The position numbers were made by a program, and so were the translations under genes. The notes under the pieces are model-generated. The model saw nothing but the letters and a program-made list of their open reading frames with translations, was not told where the DNA came from and did not search any database. A DNA stretch of 62,651 nucleotides from Actinomycetota bacterium (GTDB lineage Bacteria; Actinomycetota; Humimicrobiia; Humimicrobiales; Humimicrobiaceae), in assembly GCA_026392215.1 (NCBI GenBank), contig JAPLCN010000124.1, positions 1-62,651 on the forward strand, written 5' to 3'. Positions 1-7,985 of this stretch are shown here, piece after piece (position 1 is the first letter of the stretch; each line of letters starts with the position of its first letter).

Positions 1-1
1 C

Positions 2-73
2 AAATTATCCTGCAAAACCGGCGAAGGACTTGATAATTGGATAAAATGGATAACAGAAAACGTTAAAAAATAA
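2..73 (+). CDS. hypB: 3' end of a G3E-family metallochaperone GTPase, most likely hydrogenase nickel-insertion protein HypB (partial, runs off the window start)
   Basis: Frame 2 reads KLSCKTGEGLDNWIKWITENVKK, then TAA at 71-73. The S-x-K-T-G-E-G-L-D-x-W tail is typical of HypB C-termini. It sits directly upstream of a [NiFe]-hydrogenase operon. Confidence 0.4.
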   Translation, partial: KLSCKTGEGLDNWIKWITENVKK

Positions 74-75
74 AA

Positions 76-104
76 TTGACATCAATTTTTGTTGATGTTA
101 TTTT
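76..104 (+). promoter_or_regulatory. Candidate sigma70-type promoter of the hydrogenase operon with an embedded 7-6-7 inverted repeat (possible operator)
   Basis: TTGACA at 76-81, a 17-nt spacer, TG at 96-97 (extended -10) and TATTTT at 99-104. ACATCAA (79-85) and TTGATGT (92-98) are perfect reverse complements 6 nt apart and fill the spacer. The element lies about 80 nt upstream of ATG 184. Confidence 0.45.
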
Positions 105-183
105 AAGTTGTTACAAAGTATTTACAAATTTCTTCATTTATATTATTGGATTGATTATGGAAAATTTATAGAAAGGGGTTTAA

Positions 184-1215
184 ATGCTCTATAAAGTCAT
201 CAAAAAGGTTGACTATAAAGAGTTTGTATCGAAGCTGATATCTGATTTTGAGTTCATTGGTCCGGTAAAAAAAGACATTGCAACTCATGATTTTGTAAGA
301 ATTAATGATTTCAGTAAGCTTGATATAAATTATAAGAGAACTACAATTGCTCCTGCAAAAAAAATCCTTTTCCCTTCAACAGAAGTACTTATACAATATG
401 AGATTGGAGAAGACATAAAAATAAGTTCTGTTTACGAAGCTAAAGAAAAAATTCTTTTTGGAATTGATGCATGTGATGTCAACGGGTTAAGTTTTCTTGA
501 CAGGTTTTTTTCTGAAGACCTTATTGACGAGCCTTACTTTTCCAGAAGAAGAAAACTAACAGTTATTGGAATTGATAGAATGCCTTCAAAAACAAACTTT
601 TCGTTAAGCATGGGCAAGGAATATGCAAAAGATGGATTTGATTTGTTCCTTACTGATTTAAAAGACAGATATTTTGTAAGGGTTGGAAGCGAGAAGGGAA
701 ACGGTCTTCTGTCAAAATATGCTATAACAAGCGCTGCGGGCGATGAAGATTTTAAAGATTATAATAAATTTATGGATACCTACCGCAAGAGCTTTAAGCT
801 AAAAGCTGATGTTGCTAATCTTTATGATAACTTTGAGCAGGTTTATGATGACGCCCAGTTCTGGAAAAAGATTGCGAAGGATTGCTATAGCTGCGGTTCG
901 TGCTGCCTGGTTTGCCCTACATGTTTTTGCTTTAATGTTAAAGACGACATGGAGCTTAATTTAAAAAAAGGCAACAAAATCAGAGAGTGGGATTCATGCA
1001 TGATTCCTGAATACGGGCTTGTTGCAGGCAGCCATAACTTCAGACCTACTAAGGAAAACAGACTAAAACAAAGATACAGATGCAAAATAAAAACTTTTGC
1101 AGACCGGTTTGGAAGCAATTCCTGTGTAGGATGCGGAAGATGTATTGAAGCATGCCTTGCAAAAATAAACATTGCTGAAGATATAAATTCTGTTAAGAAA
1201 GAGGTGAGCGTGTAG
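184..1215 (+). CDS. hydB: [NiFe]-hydrogenase group 3b (sulfhydrogenase-type) beta subunit, 4Fe-4S protein (AsrA-like)
   Basis: 343-aa ORF with Cys clusters CYSCGSCCLVCPTCFC and CVGCGRCIEAC. It is the first gene of a beta-gamma-delta-alpha operon like Pyrococcus hydBGDA. A purine-rich SD (AAAGGGG) lies just upstream. Confidence 0.75.
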   Translation: MLYKVIKKVDYKEFVSKLISDFEFIGPVKKDIATHDFVRINDFSKLDINYKRTTIAPAKKILFPSTEVLIQYEIGEDIKISSVYEAKEKILFGIDACDVNGLSFLDRFFSEDLIDEPYFSRRRKLTVIGIDRMPSKTNFSLSMGKEYAKDGFDLFLTDLKDRYFVRVGSEKGNGLLSKYAITSAAGDEDFKDYNKFMDTYRKSFKLKADVANLYDNFEQVYDDAQFWKKIAKDCYSCGSCCLVCPTCFCFNVKDDMELNLKKGNKIREWDSCMIPEYGLVAGSHNFRPTKENRLKQRYRCKIKTFADRFGSNSCVGCGRCIEACLAKINIAEDINSVKKEVSV

Positions 1216-1217
1216 CC

Positions 1218-2051
1218 ATGGAAAATAATATTTATATTCCGGATTTAGCCAGAATAACCCGTATTGAGACTGTTACTCCTTTAGAAAAAATATTTGATAT
1301 TTCTTTTATTGAAAAAGAAGCACAGAAAAAATTTAATTTTCTGCCCGGGCAGTTTGTAGAATTAACTGTTTTTGGAGTTGGAGAAGCTCCTTTTTCAATT
1401 ACTTCAAACCCGAACAACAAAGATAAGTTTCAATTATGCATAAGAGCAGTTGGAAGTGTTTCAAAAGCAATACATGCCCTTAAAGAAGGCGCCAGGGTAG
1501 GAATAAGAGGTCCTTTCGGTAAGGGAACATTCCCCTATAAAGAAGCAAAAGGACACAATGTTCTTGCTATTGCAGGGGGATTGGGACTAGCGCCTCTAAT
1601 GTCATTTTTAACTTATGTGATGGATTTCAGGGATCAGTATAAAAACTTAATGATTATTTATGGGGCTGTAAATCCTACAAATATTTTATATAAGAATGAG
1701 ATTGCATATTGGAACAGCAGAGACGATGTTTCAGTTTGCGTAACTGTTGACAACCCTGATGATAAATGGACCGGAGAAATTGGTGTCTGCACAAAATTAA
1801 TACCAAGAGTTGATTTTAAACCTGATGATACTTATACAATCGTATGCGGTCCCCCGGTTATGTATAAATATGTTGTAGTAGAGCTTGAAAAAAAGAATTT
1901 TAAAGAAGATAAGATATTTCTTTCACTTGAAAGAAGAATGGAATGCGGCGTAGGCAAATGCAACCACTGCCATATCGGTGATAAGCTTGCATGTGTTGAC
2001 GGCCCTGTATTCAGGTTGTGGGATGTAAGAAACTTAAAGGAGGCTATATAA
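1218..2051 (+). CDS. hydG: [NiFe]-hydrogenase group 3b gamma subunit, FAD/NAD(P)-binding oxidoreductase with 2Fe-2S cluster (AsrB-like)
   Basis: 277 aa with ferredoxin-reductase-like motifs (PGQFVEL, GVGEAPFS, AGGLGLAPL) and a C-terminal CGVGKCNHC...CVDGP cluster motif. The start is 3 nt after the hydB stop. Confidence 0.75.
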   Translation: MENNIYIPDLARITRIETVTPLEKIFDISFIEKEAQKKFNFLPGQFVELTVFGVGEAPFSITSNPNNKDKFQLCIRAVGSVSKAIHALKEGARVGIRGPFGKGTFPYKEAKGHNVLAIAGGLGLAPLMSFLTYVMDFRDQYKNLMIIYGAVNPTNILYKNEIAYWNSRDDVSVCVTVDNPDDKWTGEIGVCTKLIPRVDFKPDDTYTIVCGPPVMYKYVVVELEKKNFKEDKIFLSLERRMECGVGKCNHCHIGDKLACVDGPVFRLWDVRNLKEAI

Positions 2052-2800
2052 TGAGTAAGCCAAAAGTAGGAATTTTTGGATTAACAGGCTGCGGCGGATG
2101 CCAGCTTGAAATTTTAAATCTTGAAGATCAACTACTGGATTTAATACATGCAATAGATATCGTTCATTTTACAGAAGCTATAACAGAGCATAGTGATAAT
2201 TATGATATTGCCCTTATAGAGGGTTCAGTTGCAACCAGACATGATGCAGAAAGATTAGAACATATTGGTAAAATTGCAAAGATAATGATTGCTGTCGGTG
2301 CATGTGCCTGCACAGGCGGAATTAACTGCCTTAAAAATTTGTATGGTGTTGAAAAGGCAAAAGAACTGGTTTATGGAGATAAAAAAGGCTGGATTGATGC
2401 GATTGAAACAAAACCTATAGAGGCATATGTCAAGGTTGACTATTATGCAAGAGGCTGCCCTCCAACCAGAACGGAAATTGTCGATATAATAAAGTCCTTA
2501 ATTGTTGGAAAAGTGCCTGAAATTCCAAATTATCCAGTTTGCATCGAATGTAAAAGACTCGGAAATACTTGCGTATATGATTTAGGGAAAACATGTATGG
2601 GGCTAATATCAAGAGCTGGTTGTGGAGCAAGATGTCCAAGTGCTGGCGTTGGTTGTGAAGCTTGCAGAGGTACCATTGATGATCCTAATGTTAATGCTCA
2701 AAAAGATATACTTGTTAAATATAACCTTACAGTTGAGGATATTATGGAAGGGTTTAATTTATATAATGGCTGCAAAAAAATAGAGCAAAAAATCAAATAA
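2051..2800 (+). CDS. hydD: [NiFe]-hydrogenase small (delta) subunit
   Basis: Motifs GCGGCQLE, GACACTGG and GCPP, plus a C-terminal Cys-rich FeS region (CIECK...CEACRG). ATG 2051 overlaps the hydG stop (TAATG) and follows GGAGG at 2039-2043 by 7 nt. The ORF-track start at 2018 is therefore unlikely. Confidence 0.8.
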   Translation: MSKPKVGIFGLTGCGGCQLEILNLEDQLLDLIHAIDIVHFTEAITEHSDNYDIALIEGSVATRHDAERLEHIGKIAKIMIAVGACACTGGINCLKNLYGVEKAKELVYGDKKGWIDAIETKPIEAYVKVDYYARGCPPTRTEIVDIIKSLIVGKVPEIPNYPVCIECKRLGNTCVYDLGKTCMGLISRAGCGARCPSAGVGCEACRGTIDDPNVNAQKDILVKYNLTVEDIMEGFNLYNGCKKIEQKIK

Positions 2801-2844
2801 GATAAGTCTTGAAAGAAATATTACATATTGGAGGATAAATTATT

Positions 2845-4146
2845 ATGGCAAAAAATTTAAATATAGAAGTATCACCCTTGTCCAGGGTAGAAGGCCATGG
2901 GGATCTGGTAATAGATGTAAAAAATAAAAAAGTTGAAAAACTTATGCTAAGAATACCTGAATCTCCAAGATTTTTTGAAGCAATGCTTGTTGGGAGAAAC
3001 TGGACAGAACCGTCTCATATAACTTCAAGAATTTGCGGCATTTGTTCGGTTGCTCATACATATGCTTCAATAAAAGCGACAGAAGCCGCTTTGGGTATAA
3101 AAGTTAATGAGCAGATTTTAAAATTAAGAAAACTTATTTTTCATCATGAATGCGTTCAAAGCAACACATTGCATGTTTATTTTCTTGCAGCTCCTGATTT
3201 TTTTGGTGCAGGAAGCGTAGTTTCATTAATTGAAACTCATCCTGAAGTAGTCAATATTGCTTTAAGATTAAAAAAGATGGCTAATGATATGGTTAGAATT
3301 ATCGGCGGCAGAGCTATCCACCCAATCTCAACTGTTGTCGGCGGGTTTACAAAACTTCCAACCGAAGAAGAAATGTATCAGATGAAAGATATGTTAAAGG
3401 CAGCATATGCCGATTTGGAAACATCTCTTAAGGTTTTAAAAACTTTAAAATTGCCGCAATTTGAAAGAGAAACTGAATATCTTTCAATTACCGATAAGAA
3501 AGATTATGCATTATATGATGGCGACATAAAATCTTCAGACGGGTGGATTATTGATGGCAAGGATTATCTGTCAAAAATTAAGGAAAAAGTCGTTGAACAT
3601 TCAACCGGGAAGCACTGCTGGGCATCAAGAGATGCCTTTATGGTTGGAGCGCTTTCAAGGTTTAACAATAACTTTGATAAATTATCTGATAATGCAAAAA
3701 CATATGCAGAAGAACTAGGGCTGAAGGCTCCATGCTATAATACATTTATGATAAACATTGCGCAATTTGTAGAGATTATTCATTGCATTGACGACAGCAT
3801 AAAGTTAATAGATGAACTAATGGTATCCGGACTTGATGAAAACAAGGCAATAGTAAGCGTAAAACCGAAAGCTGGAAGAGGCGTAGGGGTAGTTGAAGCT
3901 CCAAGGGGATTGTTAATTCATGATTATACTTATGATGCTGATGGCAAGATTGAAAAAGCTAATTTAATTATTCCGACAAACATGAATTATATTAATGTTG
4001 AAAAAGATATGGCTGCTTATCTCCCATTAATAATTGATAAATCTGAAGATGAGATAAGGCTGGCAATGGAGATGCTTATAAGAGCTTATGATCCATGTAT
4101 TTCCTGCTCAACGCACTTCCTTAACGTTAAACTGGTAAATAATTAA
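2845..4146 (+). CDS. hydA: [NiFe]-hydrogenase large (alpha) subunit
   Basis: 433 aa with the N-terminal Ni-Fe ligand motif RICGICSVAH and the C-terminal DPCISCSTH. A 9-residue tail (FLNVKLVNN) follows, of the kind removed by the maturation endopeptidase. Confidence 0.9.
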   Translation: MAKNLNIEVSPLSRVEGHGDLVIDVKNKKVEKLMLRIPESPRFFEAMLVGRNWTEPSHITSRICGICSVAHTYASIKATEAALGIKVNEQILKLRKLIFHHECVQSNTLHVYFLAAPDFFGAGSVVSLIETHPEVVNIALRLKKMANDMVRIIGGRAIHPISTVVGGFTKLPTEEEMYQMKDMLKAAYADLETSLKVLKTLKLPQFERETEYLSITDKKDYALYDGDIKSSDGWIIDGKDYLSKIKEKVVEHSTGKHCWASRDAFMVGALSRFNNNFDKLSDNAKTYAEELGLKAPCYNTFMINIAQFVEIIHCIDDSIKLIDELMVSGLDENKAIVSVKPKAGRGVGVVEAPRGLLIHDYTYDADGKIEKANLIIPTNMNYINVEKDMAAYLPLIIDKSEDEIRLAMEMLIRAYDPCISCSTHFLNVKLVNN

Positions 4147-4209
4147 TCTTATAAATCTGCAATCAGATTTTTTAATAATATTTTTAATTAATTTTAAATG
4201 TAGAAGATT

Positions 4210-4719
4210 ATGAGTATAAACACCTCTAATTCTACTGAAGATTTTATTGCCAAAGCCAATTATAAAATAATTGGCTTTGGCAATATTTATATGAGTGATG
4301 ACGGGATAGGTATCAGAATAATAGAAGAACTTAGAAAAGCAAATTTTTCTGATATTTTTGATAATGTCGCTATAATTGATGGAGGCACTTCCGGAATTGA
4401 TCTCATATGTACTCTTCAGGAATCAGATAAAGTAATTATTGTTGATGCACTTGATGCCGGCCAGAATATTGGTGAAATTGTTAAATTTAAACTAAATGAA
4501 GTTAGTGAATTTTCCGGCAGAAAGATCAAAAGTTTTTCACTTCACGATCTGGATTTAGGAGAAGTTTTTAATTTAATGAAATCCTTAAATATAAGACCGG
4601 ATATAACTATTATTGGAATAAAACCCAAACTTGTTGATTATGGAGAAAAATTATCTCCTGAAATTGAAAAAAAGATTCCTGAAATACTTTCCCGGATTAA
4701 ACAGGAAATAATAAAGTAG
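4210..4719 (+). CDS. Hydrogenase maturation endopeptidase (HycI/HoxW/FrhD family)
   Basis: 169 aa with GFGNIYMSDDGIGIR and DGGTSG motifs typical of hydrogenase C-terminal processing proteases. It is the last gene of the structural operon. Confidence 0.75.
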   Translation: MSINTSNSTEDFIAKANYKIIGFGNIYMSDDGIGIRIIEELRKANFSDIFDNVAIIDGGTSGIDLICTLQESDKVIIVDALDAGQNIGEIVKFKLNEVSEFSGRKIKSFSLHDLDLGEVFNLMKSLNIRPDITIIGIKPKLVDYGEKLSPEIEKKIPEILSRIKQEIIK

Positions 4720-5104
4720 AAATACTTAAGCTTTTTAGTATCCTGCCAGTCACATTTTAAATTAGTTTCTGATGGACAATTCACTAAAGTTTAAAAAATT
4801 ATAAAATTTTGAGCTTATAAAACTTAAAAAATTTACAAAAACTAAATTAATCACCAGGAGCTAAATTAAATTTTTTCATTTAAGATATCCTGATTTTTAA
4901 ACAAAAAATCTATTTACCCTTTTTTTATTTCTGCAAAAAAAATTAATTTACATATAAGTGCAAATATTTTTAATAAAAATAAAAATTTTTATTTAATCAA
5001 AATATTAAAAATATGATAATTTGTAACTATTATTACAAAAATAATGTATAATTTTCAAAAGAATCAAGTAAATAGGTTATTTATTATTAATATTTTTTAC
5101 AATA

Positions 5105-5330
5105 ATATTTTAGCCAAAAGCCCCTTATTTCAATGATGGAGATGAAGGCTTTTATAAAAACGTCTTGGAACGGGCGTTATACTAGCATTAATGGATTGAA
5201 ATTAAGTCTTTGATAATGAAAATCTTAGAGAAACTAATTAGTCGTTATAAGTTTTGGCTTATAGTGGAAGTTGGTCAGTACCTAAGAACCAGCCGACTTT
5301 AGTCGCGTAAGAGTTTCAGCTCAGTTTAAA
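5105..5330 (+). ncRNA. Candidate structured RNA or 5' leader (unassigned family) upstream of a small ORF
   Basis: A G/C-enriched island inside an otherwise extremely AT-rich 670-nt spacer. Helices: AAAAGCC 5116-5122 / GGCTTTT 5147-5153; the competing long-range pair AGCCAAAA 5112-5119 / TTTTGGCT 5252-5259; AACGTC 5159-5164 / GGCGTT 5173-5178; GTTGGT 5270-5275 / ACCAGC 5288-5293. Strand and ends are not established. Confidence 0.25.
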
Positions 5331-5390
5331 TAATATATAAAAATTAACCATAATACATATTAATATGGCTTAAGGGGGAAGGAGTTAGTA

Positions 5391-5642
5391 ATGCAGAAAG
5401 AAGTAACAGATATAATCAATGTATGTGACCAGTTAATTGCTAAATCCGCTACTTTTAAAGAAATTGCAGAAGCAATAAAAGACATTATTAAAGAAATTCA
5501 GTCAGAAACAAGCCAGGCAGATGCACCTGGCAAATCACTTGCACTGCGAAAACCTCTTGCAAATCTGTTTATACTTAATTCAGATATGGATGATGGCATG
5601 AAATCATTTGAAAAAATTTATGATGATTTAAAGAAAAATTAG
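5391..5642 (+). CDS. Small hypothetical protein (83 aa, predicted helical, acidic/basic mix)
   Basis: ATG is preceded by the strong SD GGGGGAAGGAG (GGAG 5381-5384, 6-nt spacing). No recognisable family. The stop TAG 5640-5642 overlaps the hypE stop on the other strand. Confidence 0.55.
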   Translation: MQKEVTDIINVCDQLIAKSATFKEIAEAIKDIIKEIQSETSQADAPGKSLALRKPLANLFILNSDMDDGMKSFEKIYDDLKKN

Positions 5643-6682
5643 CAGATTCTTGGAAGTTGTTCGCTATATAATTTATCAAGGATTCTTTTTGTGCCTATTT
5701 TTGTGTTATAAAAGACTGCACTTTCGGTGGAATTTTCTGTGACTTCTCCAATAATGCAGGAATCTTTGCCGTATTTATTTTTTTTCATTGCATCAAGGAC
5801 CTTATTTGTGTCTGCCGGGTCAACAAAAGCAACCATTTTGCCTTCATTTGCAATATATAGCGGGTCAAGCCCTAAAAATTCACACAAGGCTCTTACCTCT
5901 TTTTTTACAGGTATCCTGTCTTCATAAATTGCTATCCTTGTTTTTGATTTTTCAGACATTTCTATTAAAATAGTTGCAATTCCGCCTCTTGTTGCATCTC
6001 TAAGCGCATGAACCTTATCAGACGAACCAATCATTTCATTCACAAGTGATGAAAGCGGAGCGCAGTCGCTTATTATATTTGTTTTAAAATTAAATTCAGG
6101 CCTTGAACTTAAAACTGCAAGCCCGTGTTCAGCAATGCTGCCATTAATTATAATTTTATCTCCGGGTTTAATATTTAATGGTGTAATATCTGTATTTCCC
6201 TTTACGTAACCTATACCGGAAGTGTTTATAAATATCTTATCCATGCCGTTTTTCTCAACCACTTTGGTATCTCCGGTAATAATAGCGGTTTTTGTTTCTT
6301 TTAAAACCTCTCCTGCTGATTCAAGTATTTTTTCAAGATATTTTACTTCAAAGCCTTCTTCAATAATTAAACCCATGCTTAAAGCCACGGGAGTTGCTCC
6401 GGCAGCTGCAAGATCATTTATTGTGCCGCAAATGCAAAGTTTCCCAATATTGCCTCCGGGGAAAAAAACTGGTTTTACAACAAAACTGTCTGTTGTGTAT
6501 GCAATTTTTTCATTGTGGAAATCATTAATTATAGCGCTGTCTTCAAGCCTGTTTAAAATTTTATTTCCAAAATATTTAATTATCAGATTATTTATAAGCT
6601 CTCCGGTTTTAATGCCGCCATCACCGTGAGAAAGTAAAATATTTTTGTCACTGAAGTTATTATTTTTAGCTGAACTGGTCAT
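5639..6682 (-). CDS. hypE: Hydrogenase maturation protein HypE (carbamoyl dehydratase)
   Basis: 347 aa with an AIR-synthase-like fold and the diagnostic C-terminal PRIC motif (...SEQLPRIC). Confidence 0.9.
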   Translation of the reverse strand: MTSSAKNNNFSDKNILLSHGDGGIKTGELINNLIIKYFGNKILNRLEDSAIINDFHNEKIAYTTDSFVVKPVFFPGGNIGKLCICGTINDLAAAGATPVALSMGLIIEEGFEVKYLEKILESAGEVLKETKTAIITGDTKVVEKNGMDKIFINTSGIGYVKGNTDITPLNIKPGDKIIINGSIAEHGLAVLSSRPEFNFKTNIISDCAPLSSLVNEMIGSSDKVHALRDATRGGIATILIEMSEKSKTRIAIYEDRIPVKKEVRALCEFLGLDPLYIANEGKMVAFVDPADTNKVLDAMKKNKYGKDSCIIGEVTENSTESAVFYNTKIGTKRILDKLYSEQLPRIC

Positions 6683-6706
6683 AATTATTTATATCCTGTA
6701 ATTAAT

Positions 6707-7783
6707 TTAAGTTTTATATTTTTCATATTTAAAATATGCTGAACATGTGCCCTCGCTTGAAACCATGCAAGGTCCTACCGGATTATCTGGTTTGCATGAT
6801 TTGCCAAACAGCCGGCACTCAAAGGGTTTTTTAACACCCAGCAGTATATCTCCGCAGCTGCAAAGCCTGGGTTCAGGGACTTTAATATCTTTTAATGCAA
6901 ATGAAACCTTTGCATCAAAATTCCTGAATTTGTTTTTAAGTACAAGTCCGCTTTTTTTTATATTTCCAATGCCCCTCCAAATTGCATCATTAATATCAAA
7001 TATGTTATCCATATATTGGATAGCAATGGGATTTCCATTTTCCTTAACTACCCAGTCATATTGAATCTCAACTTCAGGCTTATTGTTTTTTATTTGTTTT
7101 AAAATCATAAGTATGGATTTTAAAATATCTTCAGCAGAAAATCCGCTTATTACTGCAGGTTTACCGTAAATTTTACTGATAAAATCAAATGGCCTGCTTC
7201 CTGTAACTGCACACACATGCCCGGGACATAAAAAAGCACTTATATTATTTTTGTTGCTTGAATTTAATAAGAATTCTATAGCAGGAGGGACAATTTTGTG
7301 TGTATTGTATATAAAAAAATTATTGGTTTTTGTTTCATATGCTTTCTTAATTAATGCTGCGGTTAAAGGGGCAGTAGTCTCAAAACCGATTGCAATAAAT
7401 ATTATTTTCTTTTGGGGATTTTTTACCGCGAAATCAAATGCATCAGCAGGGCTGTAGCAGACTTTTATATTTGCACCTTCAGATCTTTTCTTATACAAGC
7501 TTGATTTTGAACCAGGGATTTTAAGCATATCTCCAAACGAAAAAATATAGTTGCATGGATTTTCTGCCAGTTCAATAATATTATCAATATCAGAAATTGA
7601 GGTGACGCAAACAGGACATCCCGGACCGCTTATAAGATTAATGTTTTGAGGCAGGACTTGCCTTAATCCATTTTTTCCGATTGCCATAGTGTGCGTTCCG
7701 CATACTTCCATTATATTTATCTGTGAAAGGCCGTTTGCAGTTCTTTTTATTTCTTCTATTAAGGCAATTATATTATTCTGCAT
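6707..7783 (-). CDS. hypD: Hydrogenase maturation protein HypD
   Basis: Motifs CGTHT, GPGCPVCV, GFETT and PGHV, plus C-terminal Cys pairs. Start is taken at ATG 7783 (MQNNIIALIEE), which overlaps hypC by 11 nt. The 13-codon upstream extension in the ORF track runs deeper into hypC. Confidence 0.88.
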   Translation of the reverse strand: MQNNIIALIEEIKRTANGLSQINIMEVCGTHTMAIGKNGLRQVLPQNINLISGPGCPVCVTSISDIDNIIELAENPCNYIFSFGDMLKIPGSKSSLYKKRSEGANIKVCYSPADAFDFAVKNPQKKIIFIAIGFETTAPLTAALIKKAYETKTNNFFIYNTHKIVPPAIEFLLNSSNKNNISAFLCPGHVCAVTGSRPFDFISKIYGKPAVISGFSAEDILKSILMILKQIKNNKPEVEIQYDWVVKENGNPIAIQYMDNIFDINDAIWRGIGNIKKSGLVLKNKFRNFDAKVSFALKDIKVPEPRLCSCGDILLGVKKPFECRLFGKSCKPDNPVGPCMVSSEGTCSAYFKYEKYKT

Positions 7784-7985
7784 AATTTTTAAACATCTCC
7801 AGTGTTTTTTGGGCTTCTTCATTGTCTATAATCTGAATTGCAAAGCCTGCATGGACAATCACAAAGTCTCCTGGCGCTACATCAGGAACCAGTGAAATAT
7901 CTATATTTATAATAACACCCATTGAATTTATTTCTGCGTTGTTTCCGTTTATTTTAATTACTTTAGCTGGCACAGCTACACACAT
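7773..7985 (-). CDS. hypC: Hydrogenase maturation chaperone HypC
   Basis: 70 aa with the N-terminal MCVAVPAKV motif (essential Cys2), typical of HypC/HupF. Confidence 0.88.
   Translation of the reverse strand: MCVAVPAKVIKINGNNAEINSMGVIINIDISLVPDVAPGDFVIVHAGFAIQIIDNEEAQKTLEMFKNYAE

Noticed and set aside
885-1172. 95-aa minus-strand ORF inside hydB. The antisense ORFs at 1232-1420, 2430-2639, 5727-5973 and 6222-6629 are similar.
   Set aside because: They lie entirely antisense to, or out of frame with, strongly supported conserved genes. They have low-complexity, Leu/Ser/Phe-rich translations and no SD. These are shadow ORFs.
2018-2050. 11-codon N-terminal extension of the hydrogenase small subunit in the ORF track (MGCKKLKGGYI).
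   Set aside because: It lies inside the hydG coding sequence. ATG 2051 has a GGAGG 7 nt upstream and gives the normal MSKPKVGIFGLTGCGGC start.
4090-4146. Possible selenocysteine ([NiFeSe]) recoding in the hydrogenase large subunit.
   Set aside because: The C-terminal motif is DPCISCSTH with ordinary Cys codons, and there is no in-frame TGA.
4853-4864. 12-mer ACCAGGAGCTAA shared with 50967-50978.
   Set aside because: This is a single short match with no extended similarity on either side. Matches of this length are expected by chance in 62 kb. The second copy simply abuts the stop codon of the PIG-L gene.
4720-5100. Possible CRISPR array or tandem repeats in the long AT-rich spacer after the hydrogenase operon.
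   Set aside because: Only low-complexity A/T runs are present. There are no regularly spaced direct repeats of 20 nt or more.
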